NCBI GenBank assembly: GCA_963822845.1
Contig: CAWGIY010000009.1
Location: 543,631-607,630 of the forward strand
Source: an uncultured Chloroflexia bacterium
GTDB taxonomy: Bacteria > Chloroflexota > Limnocylindria > QHBO01
Direction: 5' to 3'
DNA: 64,000 nucleotides
The notes beneath the pieces were generated by a model. The model did not search any database, had not been told where the DNA came from, and worked only from the letters and a program-made list of their open reading frames with translations. Positions 50,506 to 59,828 of the stretch are shown piece after piece (the first letter of the stretch is position 1; each line of letters opens with the position of its first letter). A program made the position numbers and the translations under genes.

Positions 50506-51136
50506 ATGCGGATCTCGGAGCTGGCCCGGCGCAGCGGCGTCCCCGTGGGCACCGTCAAGCACTACCTGCGCGAGGGACTGCTCCCCGCCGGTGAGCGCAT
50601 GTCCGCGACCCAGGCGCAGTACGGCGAAGAGCACGTCGCCCGCATCGGTCTCATCCGTGCCCTATTGGGCACGGGCGGCTTGTCCACGAAGGCCGCCCGC
50701 GCGGTCCTGGCGGCCGTAGACGACCCGACTTCGTCCGCTCACGACATGATCGGTGCGGCGTACAGCGCCATCCAGCCGCCGGCGGCCACGCCGCCCGACC
50801 TCGCCGCGGCGCAGGCGCATCTGCGGCGCTGGGGTTGGCAGGTCCACGACGACTCGCCACCGGTGGCGGTGCTGGCTCAGGCGCTGGCTGCCCTCGAGGC
50901 TGCCGGCTTCGACACTCCGAGACCAGCTGTTGGACCGATACGCCACGGCCGCCCACGAGCTCGGCGAGGGCGACGTGGACATGGTGCCGATGGACTCGCC
51001 GGCCGAGGCGGTCCGCTTCGCCGTCATCGGGACCCTGCTGCTCGAGCCGGTTCTCCTGTCGTTGCGCCGCCTCGCTCAGGAGGACGTCTCGGCTCGTCGC
51101 CAGTCCAACCCCGATGCTCCCCTATTGCCTCGTTAA
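50506..51136 (+). CDS. MerR-family transcriptional regulator; one +1 frameshift near 50920.
   Basis: N-terminal HTH MRISELARRSGVPVGTVKHYLREGLL. C-terminal effector domain continues in the next frame. Confidence 0.7.
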
Positions 51137-51193
51137 CCCATCTGGCCGATGATCGGCTGACTCCCGGTCACGCTTCCCAGAGGTGCTCAGAGC

Positions 51194-51893
51194 ATGAAGA
51201 TCACGGTCGTGGGGGCAAGCGGACTCATCGGTACCAGGGTCGTCGAGCACCTGAAGAGCCAGGGCCACGACGTCGTCGCGTCGTCGCGGTCGTCGGGCGT
51301 GGACGTCCTGACCGGAGACGGCCTGGCCGATGCGCTCGCCGGCGCTGACGCGCTCGTCGACGTGACGAACTCGCCCTCGCTCGAGGGCGGCCCGGCGTTG
51401 GACTTCTTCACGAAGTCGGCCACGAACATCGCGGATGCGGCCAAGGCGCGCCGGCGTCGACCACTACGTCGCGCTGTCGATCGTCGGCGTCGACGGGCTA
51501 CCCGACAGCCCGTACTTCGTCGCCAAGGTCGCGCAGGAGAAGATCATCACCGAGTCCGGCATCCCCTACTCGATCGTGCACGCCACCCAGTTCGCCGAGT
51601 TCGCCGACGCGATCACCGAGTCCATGACCGTCGGAGACGAGGTGCGCGTGCCCGATGCGCTGATCCAGCCGGTCCCCGCCGACGAGGTGGCCGCCGCGGT
51701 CGCGCGCGCGGCCGTCGGCGAGCCGCTCAACGGCATCGTGAACGTCGGTGGGCCGCAGAAGATCACGTTCGAGCAGCTGGCCCGCGACTCCCTGGCGCGG
51801 AAGGGCGACGACACGAAGACCGTCATCGTCGACCCGGAAGCCCGCTACTTCGGGGCGAAGCTGACAACGCGCAGCCTGGTTACGCCCGACTAG
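51194..51893 (+). CDS. NAD(P)H-binding NmrA/SDR-like oxidoreductase; one +1 frameshift near 51450.
   Basis: Rossmann motif VVGASGLIGTRV in one frame; the rest (…VHATQFAEFADAI…) in the next frame. Confidence 0.7.
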
Positions 51894-51896
51894 CGC

Positions 51897-52538
51897 TCAC
51901 GTCACGACGCGGTACTTGAGGTGCGCGACCCCGGGCGCCTCGAGCGCGCGGATCTCCTCGAGCTTCAGACCCGGGCCGACGCCGTCGAAGAGGCGCGCGC
52001 CACCGCCCAGGAGGATCGGGACGACGTGCAGCTCCAGCTCGTCGACCAGGCCGGCGGCCAGGTACTGGTTGATGACATCGGCGCCGCCGCCGATGAAGAC
52101 GTCCTTGTCGCCGGCCGCTTCCCGCGCTTGCGCCAGCGCGGACTCGATGCCATCGGTCACGAAGGTGAAGGTCGTGTCCGAGAGGGTCAGCGGCTCCCGC
52201 TCGTGATGGGTGAGGACGAAGACCGGCTTGTGGAAGGGCGGGTCGTCGCCCCACCAGCCCTGCCACGGATCGTCGCCCCACGGGCCGCGGGTGGCCGGGC
52301 CGAACTTGCCGCGACCCATGATCTCGGCGCCGACGTTTGCGTGCGACTCGCGCACCACGGGGCTGCTGGCGTTCTCCTCGCCGCCCTCCATGCCGGCGGG
52401 CTCGCGCCACGCCTTCAGCGCGACCAACCAGTCGTGCAGCGACTCGCCGCCCTCGCCGAGCGGTTCCTCCTGGCTCTGGTTGGGGCCGGCAACGAAGCCG
52501 TCCAGCGAGGTCGAGATGTGCACCCTTACCTTGCTCAT
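51897..52538 (-). CDS. Dihydrofolate-reductase-like protein (RibD C-terminal domain family).
   Basis: ...HISTSLDGFVAGP...VVPILLGGG... pattern of the RibD_C/DHFR-like fold. Confidence 0.7.
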   Translation of the reverse strand: MSKVRVHISTSLDGFVAGPNQSQEEPLGEGGESLHDWLVALKAWREPAGMEGGEENASSPVVRESHANVGAEIMGRGKFGPATRGPWGDDPWQGWWGDDPPFHKPVFVLTHHEREPLTLSDTTFTFVTDGIESALAQAREAAGDKDVFIGGGADVINQYLAAGLVDELELHVVPILLGGGARLFDGVGPGLKLEEIRALEAPGVAHLKYRVVT

Positions 52539-52599
52539 GTCACTCCAGACAGTCCCTTGGCGGCCAATTCATCGGTCGAGCATCGAAAGGCGGAACCCA

Positions 52600-53028
52600 T
52601 TGGACATCATCGAACGGCACTTCGCGGCCGAGAACGCCCACGACGTCCAGGCGACCCTCGACACCTACACCGATGACATCGTCTGGGACGACGTCACCCA
52701 TCCCGACTCCCCGTTCCGGGGCAAGGAGGAGGTCGCGCGGGTCTACTCCGGCATCATCGATGCCATTCCCGACGTCACGCTGACCTCCGTCCGGCGGTTC
52801 ACCGGCGAGGGCGGGCGCTACGTCGTCGACGAGTCGATCATCACCGGCCACGTCCACGGAGCGTGGGCGGGCATGGCCGGCGGCGGCGCGCCGGTCGAGG
52901 TCCGCATGCTCCACGTGTTCGAGCTCCGGGACGGGCTGATCTGCTACGAGAACGCCTGGTTCGACGCCTCTGCCGTGCAGCGCCAGATCACTCGATTCCA
53001 CGAGACAGGCGGTCCCGGGGCGAGTTGA
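52600..53028 (+). CDS. SnoaL-like/NTF2-like (ketosteroid isomerase fold) protein.
   Basis: TTG start inferred, because the longer ORF overlaps the divergent gene's start. Sequence ...DIIERHFAAENAHDVQATLDTYTDDIVWDD... Confidence 0.55.
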   Translation: MDIIERHFAAENAHDVQATLDTYTDDIVWDDVTHPDSPFRGKEEVARVYSGIIDAIPDVTLTSVRRFTGEGGRYVVDESIITGHVHGAWAGMAGGGAPVEVRMLHVFELRDGLICYENAWFDASAVQRQITRFHETGGPGAS

Positions 53029-53039
53029 CGTATATCGGC

Positions 53040-53062
53040 GACGGATATAGCATGCATCCGTC
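53040..53062. promoter_or_regulatory. Inverted repeat GACGGAT-N9-ATCCGTC with a central ATGCAT and an adjacent TATATC...GATATA AT-rich dyad. Putative PadR autoregulatory operator.
   Basis: Perfect 7-bp arms 22 nt upstream of the padR start codon. Confidence 0.4.
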
Positions 53063-53083
53063 ACGGATACAGTCGGAGGCACG

Positions 53084-53443
53084 GTGAAGAACGGCAAGGA
53101 CGCTCCCCTGACGCCGGCGGTGCTGCACATCCTGCTCGCGCTCTCCACCGAGGAGCGGCACGGGTACGGGATCATGAAGCAGGCCGAACGGGAGTCGCAG
53201 GGCAAGGTGAAGATGGGGCCGGGCACGCTGTACGGCTCGATCGGCCGCATGATCGAGGCGGGGCTGATCCGCGAGAGCGACAAGAAGGTCGACCCCGCGA
53301 TGGACGACGAGCGGCGGATCTACTACACGATCACCGGGCTCGGGCGGAAGGCGCTCGAGGCCGAGCTGGACCGATACCGCGACGTCGTCGCGGTCGCCCA
53401 CGAGAAGCACCTCACGCCGAACGCGTTTGCCGATGGCGTCTGA
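53084..53443 (+). CDS. PadR-family transcriptional regulator.
   Basis: Winged-HTH region ...HILLALSTEERHGYGIMKQ...GTLYGSIGRMIEAGLI... Confidence 0.85.
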   Translation: MKNGKDAPLTPAVLHILLALSTEERHGYGIMKQAERESQGKVKMGPGTLYGSIGRMIEAGLIRESDKKVDPAMDDERRIYYTITGLGRKALEAELDRYRDVVAVAHEKHLTPNAFADGV

Positions 53444-54204
53444 TCGGTCCATTCGCCGATACCGGCGCTGGTATGAACGGCTGCTCCGCCTCTACCCCGG
53501 ATCCTTCCAGGACCGCTACGGCGAACCGATGGCGCAGACCTTCACCGACCTCTGCACGCGAACGGACCGATGCGAACCGGGGCCTCCTCGGCTTCGCCCT
53601 CGGGACGTTCGCCGAGACCTCCGCCGCAATCCTGAGGGAGAACATGACGCAGCTCATGCAGAACAAGAACTACTTCCGCTGGGTCCTCATCACCGCCGCG
53701 GTGCTGGCGCTACCGGCCCTGGCCATGTTGTTCCAGATCGGTGTCCCCGACCCGGGCTCGGGCACCGAGGGCGTGAACTGGGGACCGATGGACTTCGCCA
53801 CCATGGGCGTCCTCATCCTCGGCAGCGGCCTCCTGTTCGAGTACGCCAGCTCGCGGGACGGAAGCGTCGCGCACAAGGCCGCGGTCGGCATCGCCGTCCT
53901 GGCCGGGCTGGGCCTCATCTGGGTCAACCTCGCGGTCGGCATGATGGACGTCGAGAACGGCAACCTGATGTACGTCCTCGTCCTCTTCGTCGGGCTCGTC
54001 GGGGCCGCGATCGGGCGCTTCGAGCCGCGTGAGGCGTCGATCGCGATGTTCGCGACGGCAGGCGCCCAGGCGGTGGTCGTCGTGATCGCGCTCGTCGCGG
54101 GGCTCGGCCCGACGCTGCTGGCGGACGCGTTCTTCATCGCGGCGTGGATCGCATCGGCCGTGCTGTTCCGGCAAGCCAGCGTCGCACCGTCGCCGGCGGG
54201 GTGA
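53433..54204 (+). CDS. Membrane protein co-transcribed with padR; one +1 frameshift near 53570.
   Basis: ATG overlaps the padR stop. Polytopic TM region in the shifted frame. Confidence 0.6.
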
Positions 54205-54230
54205 TCGGCTCCGCCAGCTGACCTCCCTCC

Positions 54231-54362
54231 ATGCACCTCCTGGCGCTCATCGGCGTCGGCCCGAACACCGTTCTCGACCTCGTGTACCACGTCGCGCTCG
54301 TGGCGCTGCTCGTCGTCGGGATCGGCGTCGCGTGGCGGATCGCGCCGGAAGCGGCCGACTGA
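54231..54362 (+). CDS. Small hydrophobic membrane protein (43 aa).
   Basis: GC3 near 95% over 43 codons with a single TM helix. Not present in the ORF track because it is shorter than 60 aa. Confidence 0.45.
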   Translation: MHLLALIGVGPNTVLDLVYHVALVALLVVGIGVAWRIAPEAAD

Positions 54363-54446
54363 TCGACCTCGAGGATCGCCTCGCACGACCACGGAGCGCG
54401 ACGCACGCGGGTAACAGCCGCCGTAAGCCGGTCTATCGGTAGAGAC

Positions 54447-55200
54447 ATGACGCGCGACACGGGCGGAGCACGCCTCTGGACTGGCGCGCCGCGCTCATGC
54501 ATCCTTCCATCGGTCATGACGATGACTCGGGGATCAATCGACGTGGTGCTGACAGCCCGAGGATCGCGCGTTCTCGCCGCGAGGCTCCTGCGCCTCGGTG
54601 CAGCGCTGATCCTGGGACTCTCGTTCTTCTTCACCCAGGTCGCCGATGCGGCGGGAGCCGAGCACCCGCCGGACGTCGCCGGTTCCGCCGGTGCGAACGC
54701 GGGAGGCAATGGACCGCCGCAATCGCCGGGGCCGCCAACCGAACCGCCGGGGCCTCCCGCCGGACGTGGGGCCGCCGGCTGACCCCACCGAACCGCCGGA
54801 GGTGGTTCCGGCGCCGCCGGAGCCTACGCCAGCCGCTCGGACGGAGCCGCCGACCGAGCCCGACCAAGCCGCCGGAGGAGGTTCCCGCGCCGGAGACCCA
54901 CGCGCCCCCTCAGAGGAGCCGCCGACCGAGCCGACCAAGCCGCCGGAGGAGGTTCCGGCGCCGGAGACCACGGCCCCCTCAGAGGAGCCGACGCTGACCG
55001 AGCCGACCAAGCCGCCGGAGGAGCCGGCACCGACTGAGGTGACCGACTCGCCTGAGACGGCGGTCGAGGAGAGTGCAGGATCGAAAGCGAGCTCAGAAGA
55101 GCTCGCCGACAAGACGACGCGCGCCGATGGATCGGCACGGGAAGGTTTCCGGCGTACCCCGTTGCGGCTCAACCCGCAGCCGCCACCGGCTGAGCCTCAA
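54447..55200 (+). CDS. Secreted Pro/Thr/Glu-rich repeat protein (signal peptide, then about 2.5 copies of a 24-aa EPTKPPEEVPAPETTAPSEEPT repeat); reading frame ambiguous and 3' end uncertain.
   Basis: Signal-peptide-like N-terminus. 75-bp tandem DNA repeats at 54866-55060 carry indels between copies that shift the frame. Confidence 0.4.
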
Positions 55201-55357
55201 TCAGGTCAGCCAGCCGATCGCCGCCGCCCACGAGGCCAGGTCGCCAAGCCCCAAGGAGTCAGCGCCCTCGGCAACTCCGGAAGGCGACCGACCGACGAGC
55301 AGTTCCCGCACGCCAGAGGCGCTCGTCGTGGAGCAACCATCGTCGAGCGGTGCGAGG

Positions 55358-55900
55358 ATGACGGTTGGCGGCGATCAGGACTGCACGGGAGTCGTTTCGG
55401 CATCGGCCGCATCGGTCATTGCCCTCGCCACCCCGCGGATTCCGACGACGGTGAGCGTGGCGGTCGAGTTCGGCAAGGCCGGCCAAGGGTGGGCCGGAGC
55501 CATCGTCTTCAACCTCTGGCTCCGGCGTCAGCTCAGGGAGCGGCGCATGAGCCAGAGACAGCTGGCGCACCTCTCGGGAGTGAACCACTCGACCATCTCG
55601 CGCCTGCTTGCCGGGGATCGGATCCCGTCCCTGGAGACGGCCACGAAGCTGGCCCGAGCGCTTCGTGTCCCCAACGAGGACATCGCCGCCGAGCTCGGTT
55701 TTGTGACTGGGCGGCCGGCCATGCCGATGCAGCGAGTGGAAGCGGCGCTGCGCGGCGACGAAGGCCTGGAAGAAGCCGACGTGCGGGAGCTCATGGAGGC
55801 GTACATCGCCCGCCGGCGGCGGCTCAGCCTGAAGAGTGTCGATTCGGCGACGGCGGTCGTCGGCTCACCGCGGGACTCCGGGCCCGATCCGCCGGCCTGA
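55358..55900 (+). CDS. XRE-family helix-turn-helix transcriptional regulator; start uncertain (coding signal begins near 55200).
   Basis: HTH LRERRMSQRQLAHLSGVNHSTISRLLAGDRIPSLETATKLARAL. Confidence 0.55.
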   Translation: MTVGGDQDCTGVVSASAASVIALATPRIPTTVSVAVEFGKAGQGWAGAIVFNLWLRRQLRERRMSQRQLAHLSGVNHSTISRLLAGDRIPSLETATKLARALRVPNEDIAAELGFVTGRPAMPMQRVEAALRGDEGLEEADVRELMEAYIARRRRLSLKSVDSATAVVGSPRDSGPDPPA

Positions 55901-56004
55901 GTCCGACGCGGCGATCGCCCTTCGGCGATGAGATCGTGACCTTGCGCCGGTCCTATCGGCAAGCAATCCGACAACCTTCACCTCCCAAGACAGGAGACCC
56001 GTCA

Positions 56005-56562
56005 GTGGGACAGCTGATCGTTCACGCCACGATGTCCGTCAACGGCGCCTTCGAGGCGCCGACACCCGAAAACTGGCTGGTGATCGACCCGGACAGCGGC
56101 CAGGCCAGCCTCGAGCAGCTCATCCTGGCGGATGCCATGGTGCTGGGGCGCAAGACCTACGAAGGGCTCGCCGCGGTCTGGCCGACGCTCGCCGACGACC
56201 CGGAGATGGGGGCGTTCGCCGAGCGTGTCAACGGCATGCCGAAGTACGTCGGCTCACGCACGCTGAAGGAGCCGCTGACCTGGAACTCCACGCTCCTGGA
56301 GGGCGACCTCGTGGAGCGCGTCCGTGCCCTGAAGACCGAGCACCAGGCGAACCTGATCATCTCGGGCGTCGGCGAGCTGGCGCACACCCTCACCAGCGCC
56401 GGCCTCGTCGACGAGTTCTGGTTCTGGGTGAGTCCGTCCATCTGGCCGGCCGGACCCAGGATCTTCGACGGCGTCGGACCGATCAAGCTGGAGCTGGTCT
56501 CCGCGACGCCGTACCGCTCCGGCGTCGTCTGGCTTCGCTATCGGCCGGCAGACCAGGCGTAG
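56005..56562 (+). CDS. Dihydrofolate-reductase-like protein (RibD C-terminal domain family), second paralogue.
   Basis: CAGGAGA RBS and GTG start. It is the C-terminal 185 codons of a 638-aa chimeric ORF. Confidence 0.7.
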   Translation: MGQLIVHATMSVNGAFEAPTPENWLVIDPDSGQASLEQLILADAMVLGRKTYEGLAAVWPTLADDPEMGAFAERVNGMPKYVGSRTLKEPLTWNSTLLEGDLVERVRALKTEHQANLIISGVGELAHTLTSAGLVDEFWFWVSPSIWPAGPRIFDGVGPIKLELVSATPYRSGVVWLRYRPADQA

Positions 56563-56578
56563 CTCAGGCGTATCGCGC

Positions 56579-57256
56579 ATGAGCGAGCAGGGTTGGCGGG
56601 GGTTCCTCGCCGCGGAGGGCGTCGACGACTGGGTAGTGCTGCACGGCGGGGCGACGGCGGTGTTCCGCGTCGGATCGGTCCAGGAGGCGCTGCGGCTGGC
56701 CGAGGCCGTCGCAGGCATCCCGGGCTTCCAAGGCACCGGGGCGCTGCTGACGATCGCGGATGACCGCGTCACCGTGCGGCTGACCCGCGACTTGTGGCAG
56801 CTCGAGCCACGGCACGTGGAGCTGGCGCGCGCCATCTCGGCGGTGGTGCGGGAACACGGCGCGGTCGCCGACCGCGCATCGGTCCAAGAGGTGCAGGTCG
56901 CGATCTCCGGGAAGCCCGACGCGATCGACGTTGGCTTCTGGCGGGCCGCGCTCGGGTACGCGCCGATGGCCGACGACAACGGCGTCGATCCGCTCGGCCA
57001 CGGGTCGACGGTATGGATGCAGCAGCTCGACGAGGCAAGGCCGCTGCGCCACGCGATGCACGTCGACGTGTCAGTCGCGCGCGAGCAGGTCGAGGCGCGG
57101 GTCGCGGCGGCACTCGCGGCGGGCGGCCGCATCGTCGACGACGGATGGGAGCATAAGACCCTCTCCGATCGCGCCGGCAATCGTGTCTGCATCTGCGCGT
57201 GGCCCGACGGCTTTACGTGGCGGGATGGGATGGCTGGGCGTGCCTCCGACACCTAG
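56579..57256 (+). CDS. VOC (glyoxalase/bleomycin-resistance fold) protein with an N-terminal pterin-4a-carbinolamine-dehydratase-like domain.
   Basis: Two-domain architecture inferred from sequence patterns. Confidence 0.55.
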   Translation: MSEQGWRGFLAAEGVDDWVVLHGGATAVFRVGSVQEALRLAEAVAGIPGFQGTGALLTIADDRVTVRLTRDLWQLEPRHVELARAISAVVREHGAVADRASVQEVQVAISGKPDAIDVGFWRAALGYAPMADDNGVDPLGHGSTVWMQQLDEARPLRHAMHVDVSVAREQVEARVAAALAAGGRIVDDGWEHKTLSDRAGNRVCICAWPDGFTWRDGMAGRASDT

Positions 57257-57281
57257 GGGCAGGTCCGCTGCTGTCACCAGT

Positions 57282-57299
57282 TATATCAGTAGTGATATA
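57282..57299. promoter_or_regulatory. AT-rich dyad TATATCA-GTAG-TGATATA in the promoter region upstream of the cobalamin riboswitch.
   Basis: Perfect 7-bp inverted repeat. Shares the TATATC/GATATA arms with the site at 53031-53050. Confidence 0.35.
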
Positions 57300-57477
57300 T
57301 CCCGCGACACCAACGAAGGCACGGGCCGCCGCTCGTACGACAACTCGATCCAGGAGTGGGGCAACAAGGAGCCTGTTCGAGACGCTTCCGCAGCGCGTCG
57401 ACCTGGAGCAGACCGATCTTCTGCGAGGCCGGCGGCGTCGCCCACGTCTCGTACCGCGTCATTCGATAGCGCGCGGC

Positions 57478-57672
57478 TGGTAGAGTCGGGCCAACAACAC
57501 GACGCGACCCGGTGCAGGGGAAGTCGGTCAAAGGCCGACGCTGACCCGCAGCCGTAGGCCGCCGGGACGAAGGTCCCGCGGCGAGCCGGAATGCCTGGCC
57601 GGGAAGCTTCGCTCCACCCCTCGTCGCGGTTCGCGAGGCGGAGCCGGCATCGATCCCGCGCCTCGCGCAACC
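57478..57672 (+). ncRNA. Cobalamin (B12) riboswitch with a downstream hairpin CGCGAGGCG-N16-CGCCTCGCG (expression platform).
   Basis: Conserved core CAGGGGAAGUCGGUCAAAGGCCGACGCUGACCCGCAGCCGUAGG matches the E. coli btuB leader element AGGGAAUCCAGUGCGAAUCUGGAGCUGACGCGCAGCGGUAAGG. A GGGAAG-containing B12-box-like segment follows. Confidence 0.75.
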
Positions 57673-57722
57673 ATCGATCCTGGCGGCCCGCGGACCCGAC
57701 GGACCGAAAGGAAGACGGCTCG

Positions 57723-58922
57723 ATGTCGGACCTCTCCATCCAGCCCGCATCGCGGATTGTGCGGGCCTGGACCCTCGTCCTCGTGGTCCTCGCGTTCATG
57801 CTCACCGCCGTGGCCGCCCCATCGGTGCGCGCCGGCGGATCCACGACCACCGATCCAGGCGACGCCGCCGGCGGCTGGATCGCCCAGCAGGTCGAGACCG
57901 ATGCGACCCTCGGTGTCGGTTCGCTGGCGGATGCCATCTTCGCCTTCGCCGCGACCGGTGTCGGCCAGGCCGCCGCCGCCGATGCTCTTGCCCGCATCGA
58001 GGCCGGTCTCGAGGCGTTCGTCTCGGACGGGACGAACCTGCGCCCCGGGGCGCTGGGCAAGGCCATCCTTGCGGTCAGCGTCCAGGGTGGCAACGTGAAC
58101 AGCTTCGGCGGGCGCGACCTCGAGGCCGACCTCCGCGGCCTGCTGGTCACGTCGGGGCCGGACACCGGCCGCTTCGGGTCCGCCACCGTCTTCGACCAGA
58201 CGATCGCGGTGCTCGCCCTGGCCCGGACCAGCGGTGGCGTGCCGGCCAGTGCCGGAGACTGGTTGGCCGCCGCGCAATGCCCGAGCGGCGAGTACCAGTG
58301 GGACGGGTCCTGCCCGGCCGGCCCTGGCCTCGAGGATCCGGACACCACCGCGCTGGCGCTCCAGGCGCTGCTGGCTGCCGGCGAGACGGCCGCCGCGGCC
58401 GGATCGACGACCTGGCTCCTGGACCTCCAGGCCAGTGACGGTTCGCTCGCCTCCTTCGGCACCCCGAACACGAACAGCACCGGCGTCGCGGGCCAGGCGC
58501 TGCGTGCCGCCGGCGAGACCGCCGCCGCCGACGCGGCCGCGGCCTTCGTCGTCTCCCTCCAGCTCGGCTGCGACGCCGATCCCGGCACGATCGGCGCGAT
58601 CGCCTGGTCGGTTGCCGATCCGGGCTTCCTCATCTTCTCGACGCCGCAGGCCGTCCTCGCGCTCGGCGCGCCGCCGCTCGACACGCTGAGCGCGGCCGGC
58701 GCATCAACGGACGCGCCGGCGCTCGAGTGCGCGGTCACCGGACCGCCCGCGACGGCAACACCGTCCCCCACGCCGACGGCCTCGCCCGGCGCCGGGGGCG
58801 CGCTGCCCGACACCGCGTCCGGTGCGGGTGACGCGGCGGGACTGCTCGCGACGCTTGCGGGCGGGATGCTCGTCGCTGGCGGTGTCGTGGCCATCCGCCG
58901 GAAGGTCGGAGCCCGGTCGTGA
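57723..58922 (+). CDS. Cell-surface prenyltransferase/squalene-oxidase-repeat (alpha/alpha-toroid) protein with signal peptide and a C-terminal LPDTAS sorting-signal-like motif, TM and RRK tail.
   Basis: Repeated QxxDGS[WL]-type terpenoid-cyclase repeats. AAGGAAG RBS. First gene after the riboswitch. Confidence 0.75.
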   Translation: MSDLSIQPASRIVRAWTLVLVVLAFMLTAVAAPSVRAGGSTTTDPGDAAGGWIAQQVETDATLGVGSLADAIFAFAATGVGQAAAADALARIEAGLEAFVSDGTNLRPGALGKAILAVSVQGGNVNSFGGRDLEADLRGLLVTSGPDTGRFGSATVFDQTIAVLALARTSGGVPASAGDWLAAAQCPSGEYQWDGSCPAGPGLEDPDTTALALQALLAAGETAAAAGSTTWLLDLQASDGSLASFGTPNTNSTGVAGQALRAAGETAAADAAAAFVVSLQLGCDADPGTIGAIAWSVADPGFLIFSTPQAVLALGAPPLDTLSAAGASTDAPALECAVTGPPATATPSPTPTASPGAGGALPDTASGAGDAAGLLATLAGGMLVAGGVVAIRRKVGARS

Positions 58923-59828
58923 CCGATGGCGCCGGCCGAGCCCTGCTCGGCCGGCGAGCCCTCCCCTTCGTCGCGGCCCTCCTGCTCGCGGTCGCGGCGC
59001 TCGGTGCGCCTGCCGAGGCACGGGCATGGACCGCGGGGGCGTGCCCGACGACCACGAGCGGCGTGACGGTCGTCGTCGACTTCGGCGCCCTCGGCGCCGG
59101 GACGGTCGTTCGTTGCGCACCAGGGGACCCGGCCACCGGGTTCGCGGCCCTCGCGGGTGCCGGCTTCTCGATCGAGCAGGTCAGCAACGTGCCGGGCTTC
59201 CTGTGCCGCATCGACGGCCGGCCCGGCGCGAGCCAGGAGACGTGCGTCAACACGCCGCCGGCGTCCGCGTACTGGGTGTACTGGCACGCGCCGCGCGGCG
59301 GAAGCTGGACCTACAGCTCGTCGGGGGCCGCCACCCGCAACCCTTCACCCGGCACCGTCGAGGGCTGGTCGTTCTCCGGCCCCGGCGGCGTGACGCCACC
59401 CGGCGTGCCGCCTCCTCCCCCGCCGGCGGCTCCGAAGCCGACGCCCACGCCACGCCCGCCGGCGCCCGCGCCCACCGCGCCGGACGCACCGGCGCCCACG
59501 AGCCGGCCCGCGGGCGCAACGGCCGCCCCCACGCCGCGGGCGGTCACCCCGGAGCCGACGGCGACTGGGCTCACCGAAGGCGTCAGCGCGCCCGTCGGCC
59601 ACGCCCCTGAGTCGCCCGACGGCCTCAGCCTCCGCGAGCGCGGCGACGTCGGAGCCATCTGCGTCGCCCTCCCCGTCGGATGCCGTGACCGCTGCGGCGA
59701 GTGCCGCGCCGGCTCCTCCGGCCGTCCCGCTCGGCACGGCCGCGGGCGTGGCGATCGCGGTGGCGGTCGGGAGCGCGGCCGCGATCATCGTGCGGCGCCG
59801 TGCGGCGGGCGCGGATGGAGGGCCGTGA
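58919..59828 (+). CDS. DUF4430-domain surface protein with Pro-rich linker and C-terminal TM anchor; one +1 frameshift near 59600.
   Basis: GTGA start overlap with the upstream gene. C-terminal ...GVAIAVAVGSAAAIIVRRRAAG anchor becomes readable only in the shifted frame. Confidence 0.7.

Noticed and set aside
54866-55060. Possible CRISPR array suggested by the 75-bp tandem repeats.
   Set aside because: The repeats are directly tandem without unique spacers, are embedded in a coding frame (PT-rich linker), and no cas genes are nearby.
54646-56562. 638-aa ORF fusing the Pro-rich region to the DHFR-like domain.
   Set aside because: The middle third has poor GC3 and overlaps a clear XRE HTH gene in another frame. 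It is a chance read-through joining two unrelated genes.
59701-59814. N-terminal 38-codon extension of EcfT from GTG 59701.
   Set aside because: This stretch belongs to the C-terminal anchor of the DUF4430 gene in another frame. The conserved EcfT sequence begins at ATG 59815.
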